The notes: generated from the letters alone by a model not told the origin. A stretch of 64,000 nucleotides of DNA from an uncultured Gammaproteobacteria bacterium (GCA_964474445.1 CAYYSJ010000002.1:119570-183569), one strand, 5' to 3'. Shown: positions 28,853 to 39,057, counted from the stretch's first letter. Made by a program: numbers and translations.

Positions 28853-29908
28853 ATGAAGAAACTACTTTTTGGGATTTTAGTTATTGTGTTGTTAATCGTA
28901 TACACCGTTTCTATCTCACATCCTCAACAAAAAAAACAAACCTCAACTTTTGCTAGTCCAACTCCTACGATAGTTCCTGTAACCCTTACCAATAAAATAC
29001 TTTTTGTACCATATTGGACAGTAAATGGAGGTATCGATGGTACATACAATGAATATGTTTACTTTGGTGTTGTTCCAGATAAAACAGGTATTGTCCGTAC
29101 AGACAGTGGGTATCAAAACATGCAGACATTCGTACATGCTGTACCTACTGGAACGAAAAAATTACTAGGAGTACGAATGGTTAATACCACAATAAATGAG
29201 TCTATTTTGCATAATGATGCGTTGCAACAGAAAGTTATTGCTGATGCAGTTTCCATAGCGCAAGATAATGGATTTGATGGTATTTTACTTGATTTGGAAT
29301 ACAGTGCATTTCCCTTTGATTCTGTTATACAAAGCGTTACGACTTTTTCAAAGCAGTTTGCTGATATAACAAAAAGTCATAGCTTACTTTTTTATCAGAC
29401 AGTTTATGGAGATACCTATTACAGGGGAAGACCATATACGGTAAAGGATTTAGCAAAGAATGCTGATAGGATTTTAATAATGGCATATGATTTTCATAAA
29501 GCCAATGGGGATCCAGGAGCTAATTTTCCTCTTGAGATGGGAAGTGAAGGCTATTCATTTAAGGAAATGGTAAATAACTTTACCAAGGATGTTTCATTAT
29601 CCAAACTGACTGTGATTTTTGGCATGTTTGGATATGATTGGAAAGTAAATGAAAAAGGTAATTCAGTAGGACAAGCTGAAAGCTTGAGTACGAATGAAAT
29701 GTTGCAAAAGTTTGTTGGCAGGTGTTTATTTAAAAATTGTTCAGTCGTGCAAAATGCTTCTTTAGAAACAAACGTTACTTATGAAGATAGCACTGGACAG
29801 AAGCACGAAGTGTGGTTTGAGGATAGAACTTCTATTATCAAAAAAGAAGAAGTTCTGGAGAAAAATGGCATTTCTTCAGTTGGTTTCTGGGCGAATGGGT
29901 ACTTCTAG
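28853..29908 (+). CDS. Glycoside hydrolase family 18-like protein (chitinase/peptidoglycan hydrolase fold) with signal anchor
   Basis: DGFDGILLDLEY matches the GH18 DxxDxDxE catalytic motif. There is an N-terminal TM, and the start at MKKLLFGIL (28853) is preferred. Confidence 0.7.
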   Translation: MKKLLFGILVIVLLIVYTVSISHPQQKKQTSTFASPTPTIVPVTLTNKILFVPYWTVNGGIDGTYNEYVYFGVVPDKTGIVRTDSGYQNMQTFVHAVPTGTKKLLGVRMVNTTINESILHNDALQQKVIADAVSIAQDNGFDGILLDLEYSAFPFDSVIQSVTTFSKQFADITKSHSLLFYQTVYGDTYYRGRPYTVKDLAKNADRILIMAYDFHKANGDPGANFPLEMGSEGYSFKEMVNNFTKDVSLSKLTVIFGMFGYDWKVNEKGNSVGQAESLSTNEMLQKFVGRCLFKNCSVVQNASLETNVTYEDSTGQKHEVWFEDRTSIIKKEEVLEKNGISSVGFWANGYF

Positions 29909-29939
29909 TTATAGGTTTTATTCCTTAAAACTGATGACA

Positions 29940-30830
29940 TTACTTTGTGCTCCATCGAGCAAAAATGCCTGTTGAGAGAAGTCTTTTGCCTGCGGATTCT
30001 TCAAGACATAATTCTCCTACTTCGATTATTCCACTAAATTTATTTAAGTAATCGCCCATAACATTCTCAAGCATGATTGCGGATGAAGAAATAGCATACG
30101 CATTTACAATGACAAAAAGAGGTTTTGGAGAAAGGATTTTTGATATCTGTTCCATAAGTAGAGGAAAATTTTCATTAAATTTCCAAATTTGGCCTGTTGG
30201 TCCATGTCCATAAACAGGAGGATCCATAATAACTCCATCATAGGTATTACCTCTTCGAATCTCTCGTTCAACAAACTTTACTGCATCTTCCAAAATCCAA
30301 CGAATAGGTTTGTCCTCAAGTCCTGATAATTTTTGATTGTCTCGTGCCCAGGCAATTGAAGGACGAGAGGCATCTACATGCGTAACTTTTGCTCCTGCAG
30401 CTGCTGCAGCAAGAGAAGCAATACCAGTATAACCAAAGAGATTCAAAATATTTGGAATCTTAGGATTTGTGGATTTCTGGACTTCTGCATTTCTAACTTT
30501 CTCTTCAATCCAGTCCCACTGCAAGCTTTGTTCTGGAAAAACGCCAGTATGCTTGAAAGCGGTCAGTCTTGCCCAAAAGGATAAATGTTTATACGACATT
30601 TTCCATTTTTCAGGCAGGCGAGTGCGGTATTCCCAAATACCACTGTCAGCGTTCGTTCTTCTGAAACTAACAGCAGCTTTTTCCCATTCATTGCTAGATA
30701 GTGTCGGTTTCCAAATCGCTTGAGGATCGGGACGTACAATAGTATATGTTCCAAATTTTTCAAGTCGGAAACCATTACCACTATCAATTAATTGATAATC
30801 GTTCCAACCTTTACTAATAAGAATTTGCAT
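29940..30830 (-). CDS. Class I SAM-dependent methyltransferase, RlmI/YccW-like (rRNA m5C-type)
   Basis: GYTGIASLAAAAAGAKVTHVDAS SAM-binding motif and the catalytic DPPVYGHG. Confidence 0.7.
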   Translation of the reverse strand: MQILISKGWNDYQLIDSGNGFRLEKFGTYTIVRPDPQAIWKPTLSSNEWEKAAVSFRRTNADSGIWEYRTRLPEKWKMSYKHLSFWARLTAFKHTGVFPEQSLQWDWIEEKVRNAEVQKSTNPKIPNILNLFGYTGIASLAAAAAGAKVTHVDASRPSIAWARDNQKLSGLEDKPIRWILEDAVKFVEREIRRGNTYDGVIMDPPVYGHGPTGQIWKFNENFPLLMEQISKILSPKPLFVIVNAYAISSSAIMLENVMGDYLNKFSGIIEVGELCLEESAGKRLLSTGIFARWSTK

Positions 30831-30943
30831 AGCTTTCTATTATTATACGAAAAAAACGTATAAAAATTTATGATTTTACTATTACCTTTATCAATCAAAA
30901 TATATCAAAATGTAGAAATTTTACAAAAGTTTCAAAAAGGGTG

Positions 30944-30972
30944 TTGACGGGAAATAATAAATGTTGTATCAT
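30944..30972 (+). promoter_or_regulatory. Sigma70-like promoter for tuf (TTGACG, 17 nt, TATCAT)
   Basis: Hexamers at 30944-30949 and 30967-30972. The ORF-track start at 30941 lies inside this promoter and is an artefact. Confidence 0.55.
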
Positions 30973-31012
30973 GACAACAGACTCAATAAACGAGTCTTTC
31001 TTTTTTAAAACT

Positions 31013-32191
31013 ATGGCAACATTTCAAAGAACAAAACCACACGTAAACATTGGAACCATTGGTCACGTTGACCACGGTAAGACAACCACGACAGCAGCTA
31101 TTGCTACCGTTCTTGCTAAAAAAGGAATGGCAGAAGCAAAGAAATACGAAGATATTGATAATGCCCCAGAAGAAAAAGCACGAGGAGTTACCATTAATAT
31201 TTCCCACATTGAGTACGAAACAGCAAAAAGACATTATGCACATATTGATGCTCCAGGTCACGCAGATTACATCAAAAACATGATTACCGGAGCAGCACAA
31301 ATGGATGGTGCTATCCTTGTTGTTTCAGCTCCAGATGGTCCAATGCCTCAAACTCGAGAACATATCCTTCTTGCTCGACAAGTCGGTGTTCCAGCAATTG
31401 TCGTTTACATGAACAAGACAGATATGGTACAAGATCCAGAACTTCTTGATCTTGTTGAAATGGAAGTTAGAGAGCTTCTCTCTAAATATCAATATCCAGG
31501 TGATGATGTTCCAGTTATCCGAGGTTCTTCTCTTAAAGCTCTAGAGGGAGATCCAGAAGCAGAAGCAAAGATTATGGAGCTCATGGATGCAGTTGATTCT
31601 TATATTCCAGATCCAGTTCGAGATACAGCAAAGCCATTCTTGATGCCAGTTGAGGACGTTTTCTCAATCAAAGGTCGAGGAACAGTTGTTACCGGAAGAA
31701 TTGAAAGAGGAGAAGTCAAGGTTAATGAACCAGTTGAGATTGTTGGAATGAAAGCTACAGCACAATCTGTTGTTACCGGAGTTGAAATGTTTAGAAAACA
31801 ACTCGATTCAGGTATTGCAGGAGATAATGTAGGTCTTCTTCTCCGAGGAGTTGAAAAAGATGATGTAGAGAGAGGACAAGTTATTGCTAAACCAGGTTCT
31901 ATTACTCCACACACACAATTTGAAGCAGAAGTGTACGTTTTGGCAAAAGAAGAAGGTGGACGACATACACCATTCTTTAAAGGATACAGGCCACAATTCT
32001 ATATTAGAACAACTGATGTGACTGGAAACGTTACTCTTCCAGACGGAGTAGAAATGATTATGCCAGGAGATAATACAAAGATGACTGTTGAACTTATTGT
32101 TCCAGTTGCTCTTGAAGAAGGTCTTCGATTTGCTATCCGAGAAGGAGGAAAAACAGTTGGAGCAGGAGTTATCACAAAGATCATTAAATAA
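31013..32191 (+). CDS. tuf: Elongation factor Tu
   Basis: [30 protein letters not shown] and the full EF-Tu sequence. Confidence 0.95.
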   Translation: MATFQRTKPHVNIGTIGHVDHGKTTTTAAIATVLAKKGMAEAKKYEDIDNAPEEKARGVTINISHIEYETAKRHYAHIDAPGHADYIKNMITGAAQMDGAILVVSAPDGPMPQTREHILLARQVGVPAIVVYMNKTDMVQDPELLDLVEMEVRELLSKYQYPGDDVPVIRGSSLKALEGDPEAEAKIMELMDAVDSYIPDPVRDTAKPFLMPVEDVFSIKGRGTVVTGRIERGEVKVNEPVEIVGMKATAQSVVTGVEMFRKQLDSGIAGDNVGLLLRGVEKDDVERGQVIAKPGSITPHTQFEAEVYVLAKEEGGRHTPFFKGYRPQFYIRTTDVTGNVTLPDGVEMIMPGDNTKMTVELIVPVALEEGLRFAIREGGKTVGAGVITKIIK

Positions 32192-32211
32192 AATGGTCTT
32201 TTCTCCGTGAT

Positions 32212-32236
32212 GACCGCCGTAAGGCGGTTTTTTTGT
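32212..32236 (+). terminator. Intrinsic terminator after tuf (CCGCC-GTAA-GGCGG + TTTTTTT)
   Basis: GC stem plus a T-run 20 nt after the tuf stop. Confidence 0.7.
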
Positions 32237-32243
32237 ATTTTTT

Positions 32244-32252
32244 TGCTATAAT
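32244..32252 (+). promoter_or_regulatory. Extended -10 TGCTATAAT 9 nt upstream of the GTG start of the SET gene (leaderless)
   Basis: TTTTTTTGCTATAATTCTTATAGT then GTG at 32262. Confidence 0.45.
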
Positions 32253-32261
32253 TCTTATAGT

Positions 32262-32678
32262 GTGAAGGTCATTATTCCTTCAAATAAAGTTTACCTTTCA
32301 AAATCCGCAATTCTTAATGCAGGAAGAGGTGTTTTTGCCTCAAAAAATATCTATACAGGTGAGGTTATAGAAATTTGTCCTGTTATTGTTATCCCCTGTC
32401 ATGCAAGTGGCTTGCTAAGCAAAACCCCACTTGTTAATTATTACTTTACGTGGGGAAAAGGACAGGAAACAGTTGCTGTCTGTTTTGGCTTTGGATCTAT
32501 GTACAACCATTCTTACGACCCAAATGCTACGTATAAAAAACACTTTGATAATCTCATGATTGATTTTGTTGCTGTTAAAAATATTAAGAAGGATGAGGAA
32601 ATAACAGTTAATTACAATCACGGTAATCCGGATGATAAGTCGGCTTTATGGATGCTTGACGTCCCACAGGCCATTTAG
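32262..32678 (+). CDS. SET-domain protein (putative protein-lysine methyltransferase), 138 aa
   Basis: GRGVFA N-SET motif, the NHSYDPN pseudoknot motif and the EEITVNY post-SET-like motif. Confidence 0.7.
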   Translation: MKVIIPSNKVYLSKSAILNAGRGVFASKNIYTGEVIEICPVIVIPCHASGLLSKTPLVNYYFTWGKGQETVAVCFGFGSMYNHSYDPNATYKKHFDNLMIDFVAVKNIKKDEEITVNYNHGNPDDKSALWMLDVPQAI

Positions 32679-32695
32679 TTTGTTATAATCCAAAC

Positions 32696-33295
32696 ATGAT
32701 TAAAGCCGTGCTATTTGATGTTGATGGGGTTCTTATTGATATTTCTATTGATAAATCGCAAGAACAGCTGCAAAAAGATTGGGGCATTTCTCCTTTGCAA
32801 ACAGAAAGATTTTTCAAAAATGAGTTCGTCGATTGCTTAAAAGGAGAGTCGGATTTAAAAGAGGTTATAACTCCTTTTCTGCTCGAATGGGGGTGGAGTG
32901 GATCGGTAAACGCTTTTCTGGATTATTGGTTTGAGAGTCAGAAAGATGTTGATGAGCGTTTACTTCAAGAAGTGAAAACATTGCAAAAGAAAGGTTTGAA
33001 AGTATATTTAGCAACCAATCAGGAAAAATACAGAGCAGAGTATTTACTCCATCGAGTAGGTTTTGGAGAAATTTTTGATGGTATGTTTGCTTCTTATGAT
33101 TTTGGCTTTACCAAAAGAGATGCTGTATTCTTCACAGCTATTTTAAGGAAAACCCATCTAAAACCAGAAGAAGTTATTTTTTGGGATGATCATATGAGTT
33201 ACGTCCAGTCTGCGGAAAGTATAGGGATACATGCATATTGTTATGCAAATTTCGAGCAATATAAAAAGATAATGGAAAAGTATGCTCTATCATAA
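32696..33295 (+). CDS. HAD-superfamily hydrolase
   Basis: MIKAVLFDVDGVLID (DxDG motif I) and WDD near the C-terminus (motif IV). Confidence 0.75.
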   Translation: MIKAVLFDVDGVLIDISIDKSQEQLQKDWGISPLQTERFFKNEFVDCLKGESDLKEVITPFLLEWGWSGSVNAFLDYWFESQKDVDERLLQEVKTLQKKGLKVYLATNQEKYRAEYLLHRVGFGEIFDGMFASYDFGFTKRDAVFFTAILRKTHLKPEEVIFWDDHMSYVQSAESIGIHAYCYANFEQYKKIMEKYALS

Positions 33296-33301
33296 AAAGT
33301 G

Positions 33302-33330
33302 TAGACATTGTAAGCTGAGTTTGATATAAT
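33302..33330 (+). promoter_or_regulatory. Promoter for rpsJ (TAGACA, 17 nt, extended TGATATAAT)
   Basis: TATAAT at 33325-33330 preceded by TGA. The -35-like TAGACA is at 33302-33307. Confidence 0.55.
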
Positions 33331-33361
33331 AGCTATCACAATTAGTTCTTTTACATAGACT

Positions 33362-33670
33362 ATGCCAAAAGGAAGAATCAGAGTTAGATTAAAATCATAT
33401 GACGCACGTGTCATCGACACGACATGCCAGCAAATTTTAGATACTGCAATTAGAACAGGAGCTAAAGTTGTTGGACCAGTACCACTTCCTACAGATCGAT
33501 CAGTCTATGTTGTTAATAAAGGTCCTTTCATTGATAAAAACGCACGAGATCACTTCGAAATTAGAATCCATAAAAGACTTATTGATATTGTTTCCCCAAC
33601 AGAAAAAACAATTGATTCCCTTACACATCTTGAACTCCCAGCAGGAGTTGATGTAGAAATTAAGATGTAA
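33362..33670 (+). CDS. rpsJ: 30S ribosomal protein S10
   Basis: MPKGRIRVRLKSYD... is a conserved S10 sequence. Confidence 0.95.
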   Translation: MPKGRIRVRLKSYDARVIDTTCQQILDTAIRTGAKVVGPVPLPTDRSVYVVNKGPFIDKNARDHFEIRIHKRLIDIVSPTEKTIDSLTHLELPAGVDVEIKM

Positions 33671-33693
33671 AAGTACATCAGAGAACAAAATGC

Positions 33694-33717
33694 ATCCGCC
33701 AGTGGGCGGTTTTTTTG
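33694..33717 (+). terminator. Intrinsic terminator after rpsJ (CCGCC-AGTG-GGCGG + TTTTTTT)
   Basis: GC stem plus a T-run. This makes rpsJ a monocistronic unit. Confidence 0.7.
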
Positions 33718-33776
33718 TAGCTTTACCCTAATTTTCTATTATTAGCATTTCTGCTTTTCTATCTGATAAGATACAT

Positions 33777-34430
33777 GTGATGGATATAAATAACCCTTAT
33801 TGTACCTTTTATATTGTTCGTCATGCTCAGTCTCATGGGAATATAAAAAGAATTATTTCTGGACAACAAGATACAAACCTTTCTGATGAAGGACGGTTAC
33901 AAGCGTTTGAACGTGGAAAAGAACTTGTGTCAATTCACTTTGATGCTGCCTTTTCCTCAGATTTGAGTAGGGCACATGAAACAGCAACAATCATTGCAAA
34001 GGAGCATGATTTGGCTGTTACAGCCCTTCAGATTCTTCGAGAAAGACATTTTGGCGCTATTCAGGGGACTGCAGGGGATGATCTTGAAGAGAGCCTCAAA
34101 AAGAAGTTAGAAGAATACAATAATATGAATTACAAGGAAAGATTACTTGTAAAGATTGTACCAGGAATGGAAAACGATGAGGAAGTTATTGGGCGCTTTG
34201 AGACTTTTCTTCGCGAAACAGCACTCGCCTATCCTGGGAAGACGGTACTTGTCGTTGCCCATGGGAATTTAATGCGAACCTTTTTGGTGCATTTAGGCCT
34301 TGGTACGTACCAAGAATTTGGACATGGCTCAGTTAGTAATACAGGTTATTTTGTGCTTCGCTCAGATGGGGTAAATTTTGAGGTCCAAAAAATGGTTGGA
34401 ATTAACAAAATAATTGTAAAAGGTAAGTAA
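33777..34430 (+). CDS. Histidine phosphatase superfamily (phosphoglycerate-mutase-like) protein
   Basis: The RHG motif (IVRHAQSHGN) and a second His (VVAHGNL). Confidence 0.75.
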   Translation: MMDINNPYCTFYIVRHAQSHGNIKRIISGQQDTNLSDEGRLQAFERGKELVSIHFDAAFSSDLSRAHETATIIAKEHDLAVTALQILRERHFGAIQGTAGDDLEESLKKKLEEYNNMNYKERLLVKIVPGMENDEEVIGRFETFLRETALAYPGKTVLVVAHGNLMRTFLVHLGLGTYQEFGHGSVSNTGYFVLRSDGVNFEVQKMVGINKIIVKGK

Positions 34431-34450
34431 ACTTATTGTAAGGCTACCTA

Positions 34451-34479
34451 TTGCGGGATTTTAATGTATTTGATACAAT
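34451..34479 (+). promoter_or_regulatory. Promoter for the rplC operon (TTGCGG, 17 nt, extended TGATACAAT)
   Basis: Hexamers at 34451-34456 and 34474-34479. Confidence 0.4.
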
Positions 34480-34557
34480 ACCCATGTTTCGTCCAACATG
34501 ATCCGACTAACACAACGGATCGATTTTAAAAAGTAGCTTCAGCGTTAACCCAAGAGA

Positions 34558-34580
34558 GGTGGCCTGAGGGCCGCTTTTTT
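34558..34580 (+). terminator. Terminator-like hairpin (GGTGGCC-TGAG-GGCCGCT + TTTTTT) 14 nt upstream of the rplC ATG; candidate L4-responsive attenuator of the leader
   Basis: A 7-bp stem plus a T-run located inside the 5' leader of rplC. Confidence 0.5.
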
Positions 34581-34594
34581 GTTGGAAAAGTCAT

Positions 34595-35467
34595 ATGCAA
34601 GTAGTAATTGGTAAAAAACAAGAACAAACACAAAAATTCCTAACAGATGGAACAAGAGTTCCAGTTACTGTTGTGTCTACCACTGGTGGCAATACCGTCG
34701 TTAGTATTAAGACCATGGATAAGGACGGATATTGGGCATTGCAACTTGGCTTTGGTATCCGAAAACACATGAATAAGCCACTTACAGGACATGTAAAAAA
34801 GGCGCAATTAGAAAAGGCGCCTTTTGCGTTAAAAGAAGTCAGACTTGATGAGAAAGAAGCTGCAAATCTTCCAGAACTTGGACAAGTTTTGGAAGCTGCA
34901 ACTGTTTTAGAAGCTGGAGATATCGTTGATGTTGTTGGTCATTCAAAAGGAAAAGGATTTGCTGGAGGTGTAAAGAGACATAACTTTAAAGGCGGTCCAA
35001 GAACTCATGGTCAATCAGATAGAGAAAGAGCACCAGGATCTTTGGGTCAGACAACAACTCCAGGAAGAGTATACAAAGGGAAAAGAATGGCTGGAAAAAT
35101 GGGTAATGAAACAGTAACGCTGAAGAATTTAGAAGTTGCCAAAGTTGGAGCTGATTATGTGTGGATTAAGGGTCTTGTTCCAGGATCACTTGGAAGTTTT
35201 GTTACTATCAGAACAACAGGAAAGAAAAATAAAAAGTTTGTGGAAGTCATGAAGACTCAAGAAGAATTGGCAGCAGAAGAGGCAGCAAGACTTGCAGCTG
35301 AAGAAGAAGCACGAAGGGCTCAAGAAGCTGCAGAACTTGAAGCAAAGAAAGCTGCTGAGGAAGCAGCGAAAGTTGAAGCAGAAGCAAAGGCGGCAGAACC
35401 TGTTACTGAAGAAGCACAAGCAGCTGAGGAAGTAAAAGGAGAAACAGTAAAGGAGGAAGTTAAATAA
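34595..35467 (+). CDS. rplC: 50S ribosomal protein L3 with ~80 aa A/E/K-rich C-terminal extension
   Basis: Conserved L3 core followed by a low-complexity tail (AAEEAARLAAEEEARRAQEAAELEAKKAAEEAAK...). Confidence 0.95.
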   Translation: MQVVIGKKQEQTQKFLTDGTRVPVTVVSTTGGNTVVSIKTMDKDGYWALQLGFGIRKHMNKPLTGHVKKAQLEKAPFALKEVRLDEKEAANLPELGQVLEAATVLEAGDIVDVVGHSKGKGFAGGVKRHNFKGGPRTHGQSDRERAPGSLGQTTTPGRVYKGKRMAGKMGNETVTLKNLEVAKVGADYVWIKGLVPGSLGSFVTIRTTGKKNKKFVEVMKTQEELAAEEAARLAAEEEARRAQEAAELEAKKAAEEAAKVEAEAKAAEPVTEEAQAAEEVKGETVKEEVK

Positions 35468-35469
35468 CT

Positions 35470-36219
35470 ATGACAGAAGCAAAGAAACCAGCAGTAAAAA
35501 AGACAACAACAGCTAAGAAAGCTGAGACAAAGGTTGAAAAAACAGAAAAGGTTGAAGCTACAGTGAAGACTGAGAAAAAAGCAACAGGATCTTTAACAGT
35601 AACAGTATATGATGCTAAAGGCAAAGAAACAGGGACAATGGAACTTCCAAAAGAAGTTTTTGGAGCAAAGATTAATCCTGTTCTTATGGCTCAAGCAGTG
35701 AGAGTCTATTTAGCTAACCAAAGACTTGGTAGTGCAAACACCAGAACAAGAGGAGAAGTTGATGGCTCCACGCGAAAAATCTATAGACAAAAAGGAACAG
35801 GTCGAGCACGACACGGTGGAATTAGAGCACCAATCTTTGTTGGTGGAGGCGTTGCTCATGGTCCAAAAGCAAAAGACTTTGAATTGTCATTATCCAAGAA
35901 GATGAAAAAAGCAGCAGTTGCTTCAGCACTTTCATCTCTTGCTAAGGACGGGAATATCAAAGTTGTTGCAGGATTTGAAAAGATTGAACCAAAGACAAAA
36001 AGTGTTGCCGCAGCTCTTGTAGAAATGGGACTTTCTCAAAAGAAAGCATTGTTGGTTATGCCAAAGCATTTAGAGAATGTCTTTAAAGCAGCACGAAACA
36101 TTGATAACATAAAGGTTTCTGCAGCAGCAATGCTTACTACCTATGATGTATTGAATGCCGGGACCTTAGTTTTTATGAAAGAAGCAGTTGAAGTAATGGA
36201 AAAAGGAGGAAAAGAATAA
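35470..36219 (+). CDS. rplD: 50S ribosomal protein L4 with K/T/E-rich N-terminal extension
   Basis: GTGRARHGGIRAPIFVGGGVAHGPK core, with an SD AGGAGG upstream. Confidence 0.95.
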   Translation: MTEAKKPAVKKTTTAKKAETKVEKTEKVEATVKTEKKATGSLTVTVYDAKGKETGTMELPKEVFGAKINPVLMAQAVRVYLANQRLGSANTRTRGEVDGSTRKIYRQKGTGRARHGGIRAPIFVGGGVAHGPKAKDFELSLSKKMKKAAVASALSSLAKDGNIKVVAGFEKIEPKTKSVAAALVEMGLSQKKALLVMPKHLENVFKAARNIDNIKVSAAAMLTTYDVLNAGTLVFMKEAVEVMEKGGKE

Positions 36220-36222
36220 TTC

Positions 36223-36522
36223 ATGAATGTTCTTACTGTATTACAGAGGCCATTAATTACAGAAAAATCATATGCTGATGCACAAAATGGTAAATTTACA
36301 TTTGTTGTTGCATTATCAGCAGACAAGAAAGCTATCAAACAAGCAGTTGAAGAACAATTTAAGGTAAAGGTACTTGATGTTGCAACGGTGATTGTCAAAG
36401 GGAAAATAAAAAGAGTCGGAAAAAGACGAACAGAGAAAAAACTAACACCGGTTAAGAAAGCTGTCGTACTGTTGGAAAAAGGACAAAAGATTGATCTGTT
36501 TGATTTAGGAGAAAAGAAATAA
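36223..36522 (+). CDS. rplW: 50S ribosomal protein L23
   Basis: Conserved L23 sequence. Confidence 0.9.
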   Translation: MNVLTVLQRPLITEKSYADAQNGKFTFVVALSADKKAIKQAVEEQFKVKVLDVATVIVKGKIKRVGKRRTEKKLTPVKKAVVLLEKGQKIDLFDLGEKK

Positions 36523-36523
36523 T

Positions 36524-37258
36524 ATGAAATTAAAAGTAATTAGAAAAAAAAATTCGGGGAGAAATTCAAGCGGAAGTGTAACCGTTAGACATCAAGGTGG
36601 CGGCGAAAAACGATTTTTACGAAATATTGATTTTAAAAGAGAAAAGAGAATCGTAGGAAAAGTTGTCGCGATAGAATATGATCCTAATAGAACTTGTGAC
36701 ATCGCTTTGGTACAATATACGGACGGTGAGAAGAGATATATTCTTTGTCCTGAAGGACTTAAAGTTGGAGATAAAATTGAATCAGGAGAAAACGTTGATT
36801 TACGAGTAGGAAATGCGTTGCCATTATCAGCATTACCTCTTGGAACAGTTGTTCACAATGTTGAACTCACTCCTGGAAAAGGTGGTCAATTTGCAAGAAG
36901 CGCAGGTACTGCAGCAACGGTAGCAGCAAAAGAAGGTAATTATGCTCATTTGCGTATGCCTTCTGGAGAAGTACGACTTGTTCCAGTAAGTGGAATGGCA
37001 ACAATTGGACAATTGGGGAATATTAATCATAAAAATGAAGTAATTGGAAAAGCAGGACGAGCACGACACATGGGTAAAAGACCAGCAGTCAGAGGAGTTG
37101 CAATGAATCCTCGCTCTCACCCTCATGGAGGAGGAGAAGGACGATCTGGAATTGGTTTGAAAAGGCCAAAGACCTATGCAGGACGAGCAGCTGTTGGAAA
37201 GAGGAGAAATCCTAAAAAATATTCTAATAAATATATAATACAAAGGAGAAAGAAGTAA
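36524..37258 (+). CDS. rplB: 50S ribosomal protein L2
   Basis: [29 protein letters not shown] motif. Confidence 0.95.
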   Translation: MKLKVIRKKNSGRNSSGSVTVRHQGGGEKRFLRNIDFKREKRIVGKVVAIEYDPNRTCDIALVQYTDGEKRYILCPEGLKVGDKIESGENVDLRVGNALPLSALPLGTVVHNVELTPGKGGQFARSAGTAATVAAKEGNYAHLRMPSGEVRLVPVSGMATIGQLGNINHKNEVIGKAGRARHMGKRPAVRGVAMNPRSHPHGGGEGRSGIGLKRPKTYAGRAAVGKRRNPKKYSNKYIIQRRKK

Positions 37259-37270
37259 ACATTAATTAAT

Positions 37271-37555
37271 ATGGGAAGAAGTGCTAAAAAAGGACCATAC
37301 GTAGACGATAGACTTTTGAAAAAGGTCTTAAAACAAAAAGAAAGTGGAGATCATACTCTTATTAAGACATGGTCAAGAGCATGCCAAATTCCACCAGAAT
37401 TTGTCGGACATACCATTGGTGTCTATAATGGTCGAATTTTTGTGAACGTTTTTGTTGTTGAAGGAATGGTTGGACACAGACTTGGTGAATTTGCACCAAC
37501 ACGAACATTTAGATCTCATGGACGCATTGTCGCTCGAGAGATTAGTAAGACATAA
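37271..37555 (+). CDS. rpsS: 30S ribosomal protein S19
   Basis: Conserved S19. Confidence 0.95.
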   Translation: MGRSAKKGPYVDDRLLKKVLKQKESGDHTLIKTWSRACQIPPEFVGHTIGVYNGRIFVNVFVVEGMVGHRLGEFAPTRTFRSHGRIVAREISKT

Positions 37556-37567
37556 GGAGAAAATATT

Positions 37568-37948
37568 ATGCAAGCAGTAGCAACAGTAAAAGGAGCAAGA
37601 GTTAGTCCAAGAAAAGTACAAGTTGTAGCGGATGCAATTCGCGGAATGTCAGTTGCAAAAGCACAGCAAACACTTTCTATCACAAAAAAACACGGTGCTA
37701 CAGTACTGAGTAAAGTGCTGCAGAGTGCAGTGGCAAATGCTGTAAATAATAAAAAATTACAAGAAGATAGATTGGTTATTAGTCAACTTCTTGTTCAGGG
37801 TGGATCATTTTTACGACGATTCCATTCATCAGCACGAGGAAGGACAAGGCCATATACTAAGAGAACAACACATGTAACAATCGTAGTTTCAGAAAAAGGT
37901 TCACATGAGCCACAAGTGACAAAAGAGTCGAAGGGAGAAAACAAATAA
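37568..37948 (+). CDS. rplV: 50S ribosomal protein L22
   Basis: Conserved L22 with a short C-terminal tail. Confidence 0.9.
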   Translation: MQAVATVKGARVSPRKVQVVADAIRGMSVAKAQQTLSITKKHGATVLSKVLQSAVANAVNNKKLQEDRLVISQLLVQGGSFLRRFHSSARGRTRPYTKRTTHVTIVVSEKGSHEPQVTKESKGENK

Positions 37949-38616
37949 TGGGACAAAAAGTTAATCCACAAATTTTAAGACTTGGAACAGTATATAATTG
38001 GGAATCTCGTTGGTTTAATGAGAGAGATTATAAGCAGACACTTTTAGAAGATTACAAACTTCGAAAAGCGTTGATGGAAAAACTGAAATTTGCAGGAGTC
38101 TCCCATATTGAAATTGAAAGATCTATTAACAGTGTCAAGTTAATTATTAATGTGAGTAAGCCGGGTATGGTTATTGGACGAGCAGGTACAGGTCTTGAAG
38201 ATTTGAAGAAATTTGTCATGGCAACTTTCAAGAAAATTGATCCAAAAAAGACTGGTAAATATGCTCCAAAAGTTGATTTAAGAGTAGAAGCTGTCAAGGA
38301 GCCAAATTTGGATGCATTTTTAGTTGCAAAGAATGTTGCAGAAATGCTTGCAAAAAGACTTCCTTATAAAAGAGTTTTGAATAGTAATTCAGAAAGAGTT
38401 ATGGGAGCAGGAGCAAAAGGCGTAAGAATTGTGCTATCAGGAAGAATTGGTGGATCAGAAATTGGACGACGAGAAAAAATTCAGGTTGGGAAAGTCCCAT
38501 TATCAACAATTCGAGAACATATTGAATATGCATCATATCCATCATTAACACAAAAAGGATATATTGGGGTAAAAGTATGGATTAATTCGCCAGAAAAGGA
38601 GGGTAGAAATTCCTAA
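37948..38616 (+). CDS. rpsC: 30S ribosomal protein S3
   Basis: MGQKVNPQILRLG KH-domain S3. Confidence 0.95.
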   Translation: MGQKVNPQILRLGTVYNWESRWFNERDYKQTLLEDYKLRKALMEKLKFAGVSHIEIERSINSVKLIINVSKPGMVIGRAGTGLEDLKKFVMATFKKIDPKKTGKYAPKVDLRVEAVKEPNLDAFLVAKNVAEMLAKRLPYKRVLNSNSERVMGAGAKGVRIVLSGRIGGSEIGRREKIQVGKVPLSTIREHIEYASYPSLTQKGYIGVKVWINSPEKEGRNS

Positions 38617-38643
38617 TTTTTTAAAATTAGCAATTTCTTAGAT

Positions 38644-39054
38644 ATGTTAGTACCAAGACGAGTTAAATATAGAAAACAAATGCGGGGTTCCCGAAAAGGA
38701 GATGCATACCGTGGAACTGATATAACGTTTGGTGACTTTGGTTTACAAAGCATTGAAGCAGGTTGGGTAAGTAGTCGACAGATAGAAGCTGCACGACGTG
38801 CAATTACTCATTACATTGCTCGAGGTGGTAAAGTCTGGATTAAAATTTTCCCAGACAAACCAATTACTAAAAAACCACCAGAAACTCGTATGGGATCTGG
38901 AAAAGGAGATGTGCATGAGTACGTTGCTGTTGTTAAACCAGGTAGAATGTTATTTGAAATGGGGGGAATCAGTAAAGAGGTTGCTGAAGAAGCATTACGA
39001 CTTGCAGCATATAAATTACCAGTAAAAACACGATTTGCTACAAAAGGAGAATAA
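38644..39054 (+). CDS. rplP: 50S ribosomal protein L16
   Basis: [15 protein letters not shown]. Confidence 0.95.
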   Translation: MLVPRRVKYRKQMRGSRKGDAYRGTDITFGDFGLQSIEAGWVSSRQIEAARRAITHYIARGGKVWIKIFPDKPITKKPPETRMGSGKGDVHEYVAVVKPGRMLFEMGGISKEVAEEALRLAAYKLPVKTRFATKGE

Positions 39055-39057
39055 GAT

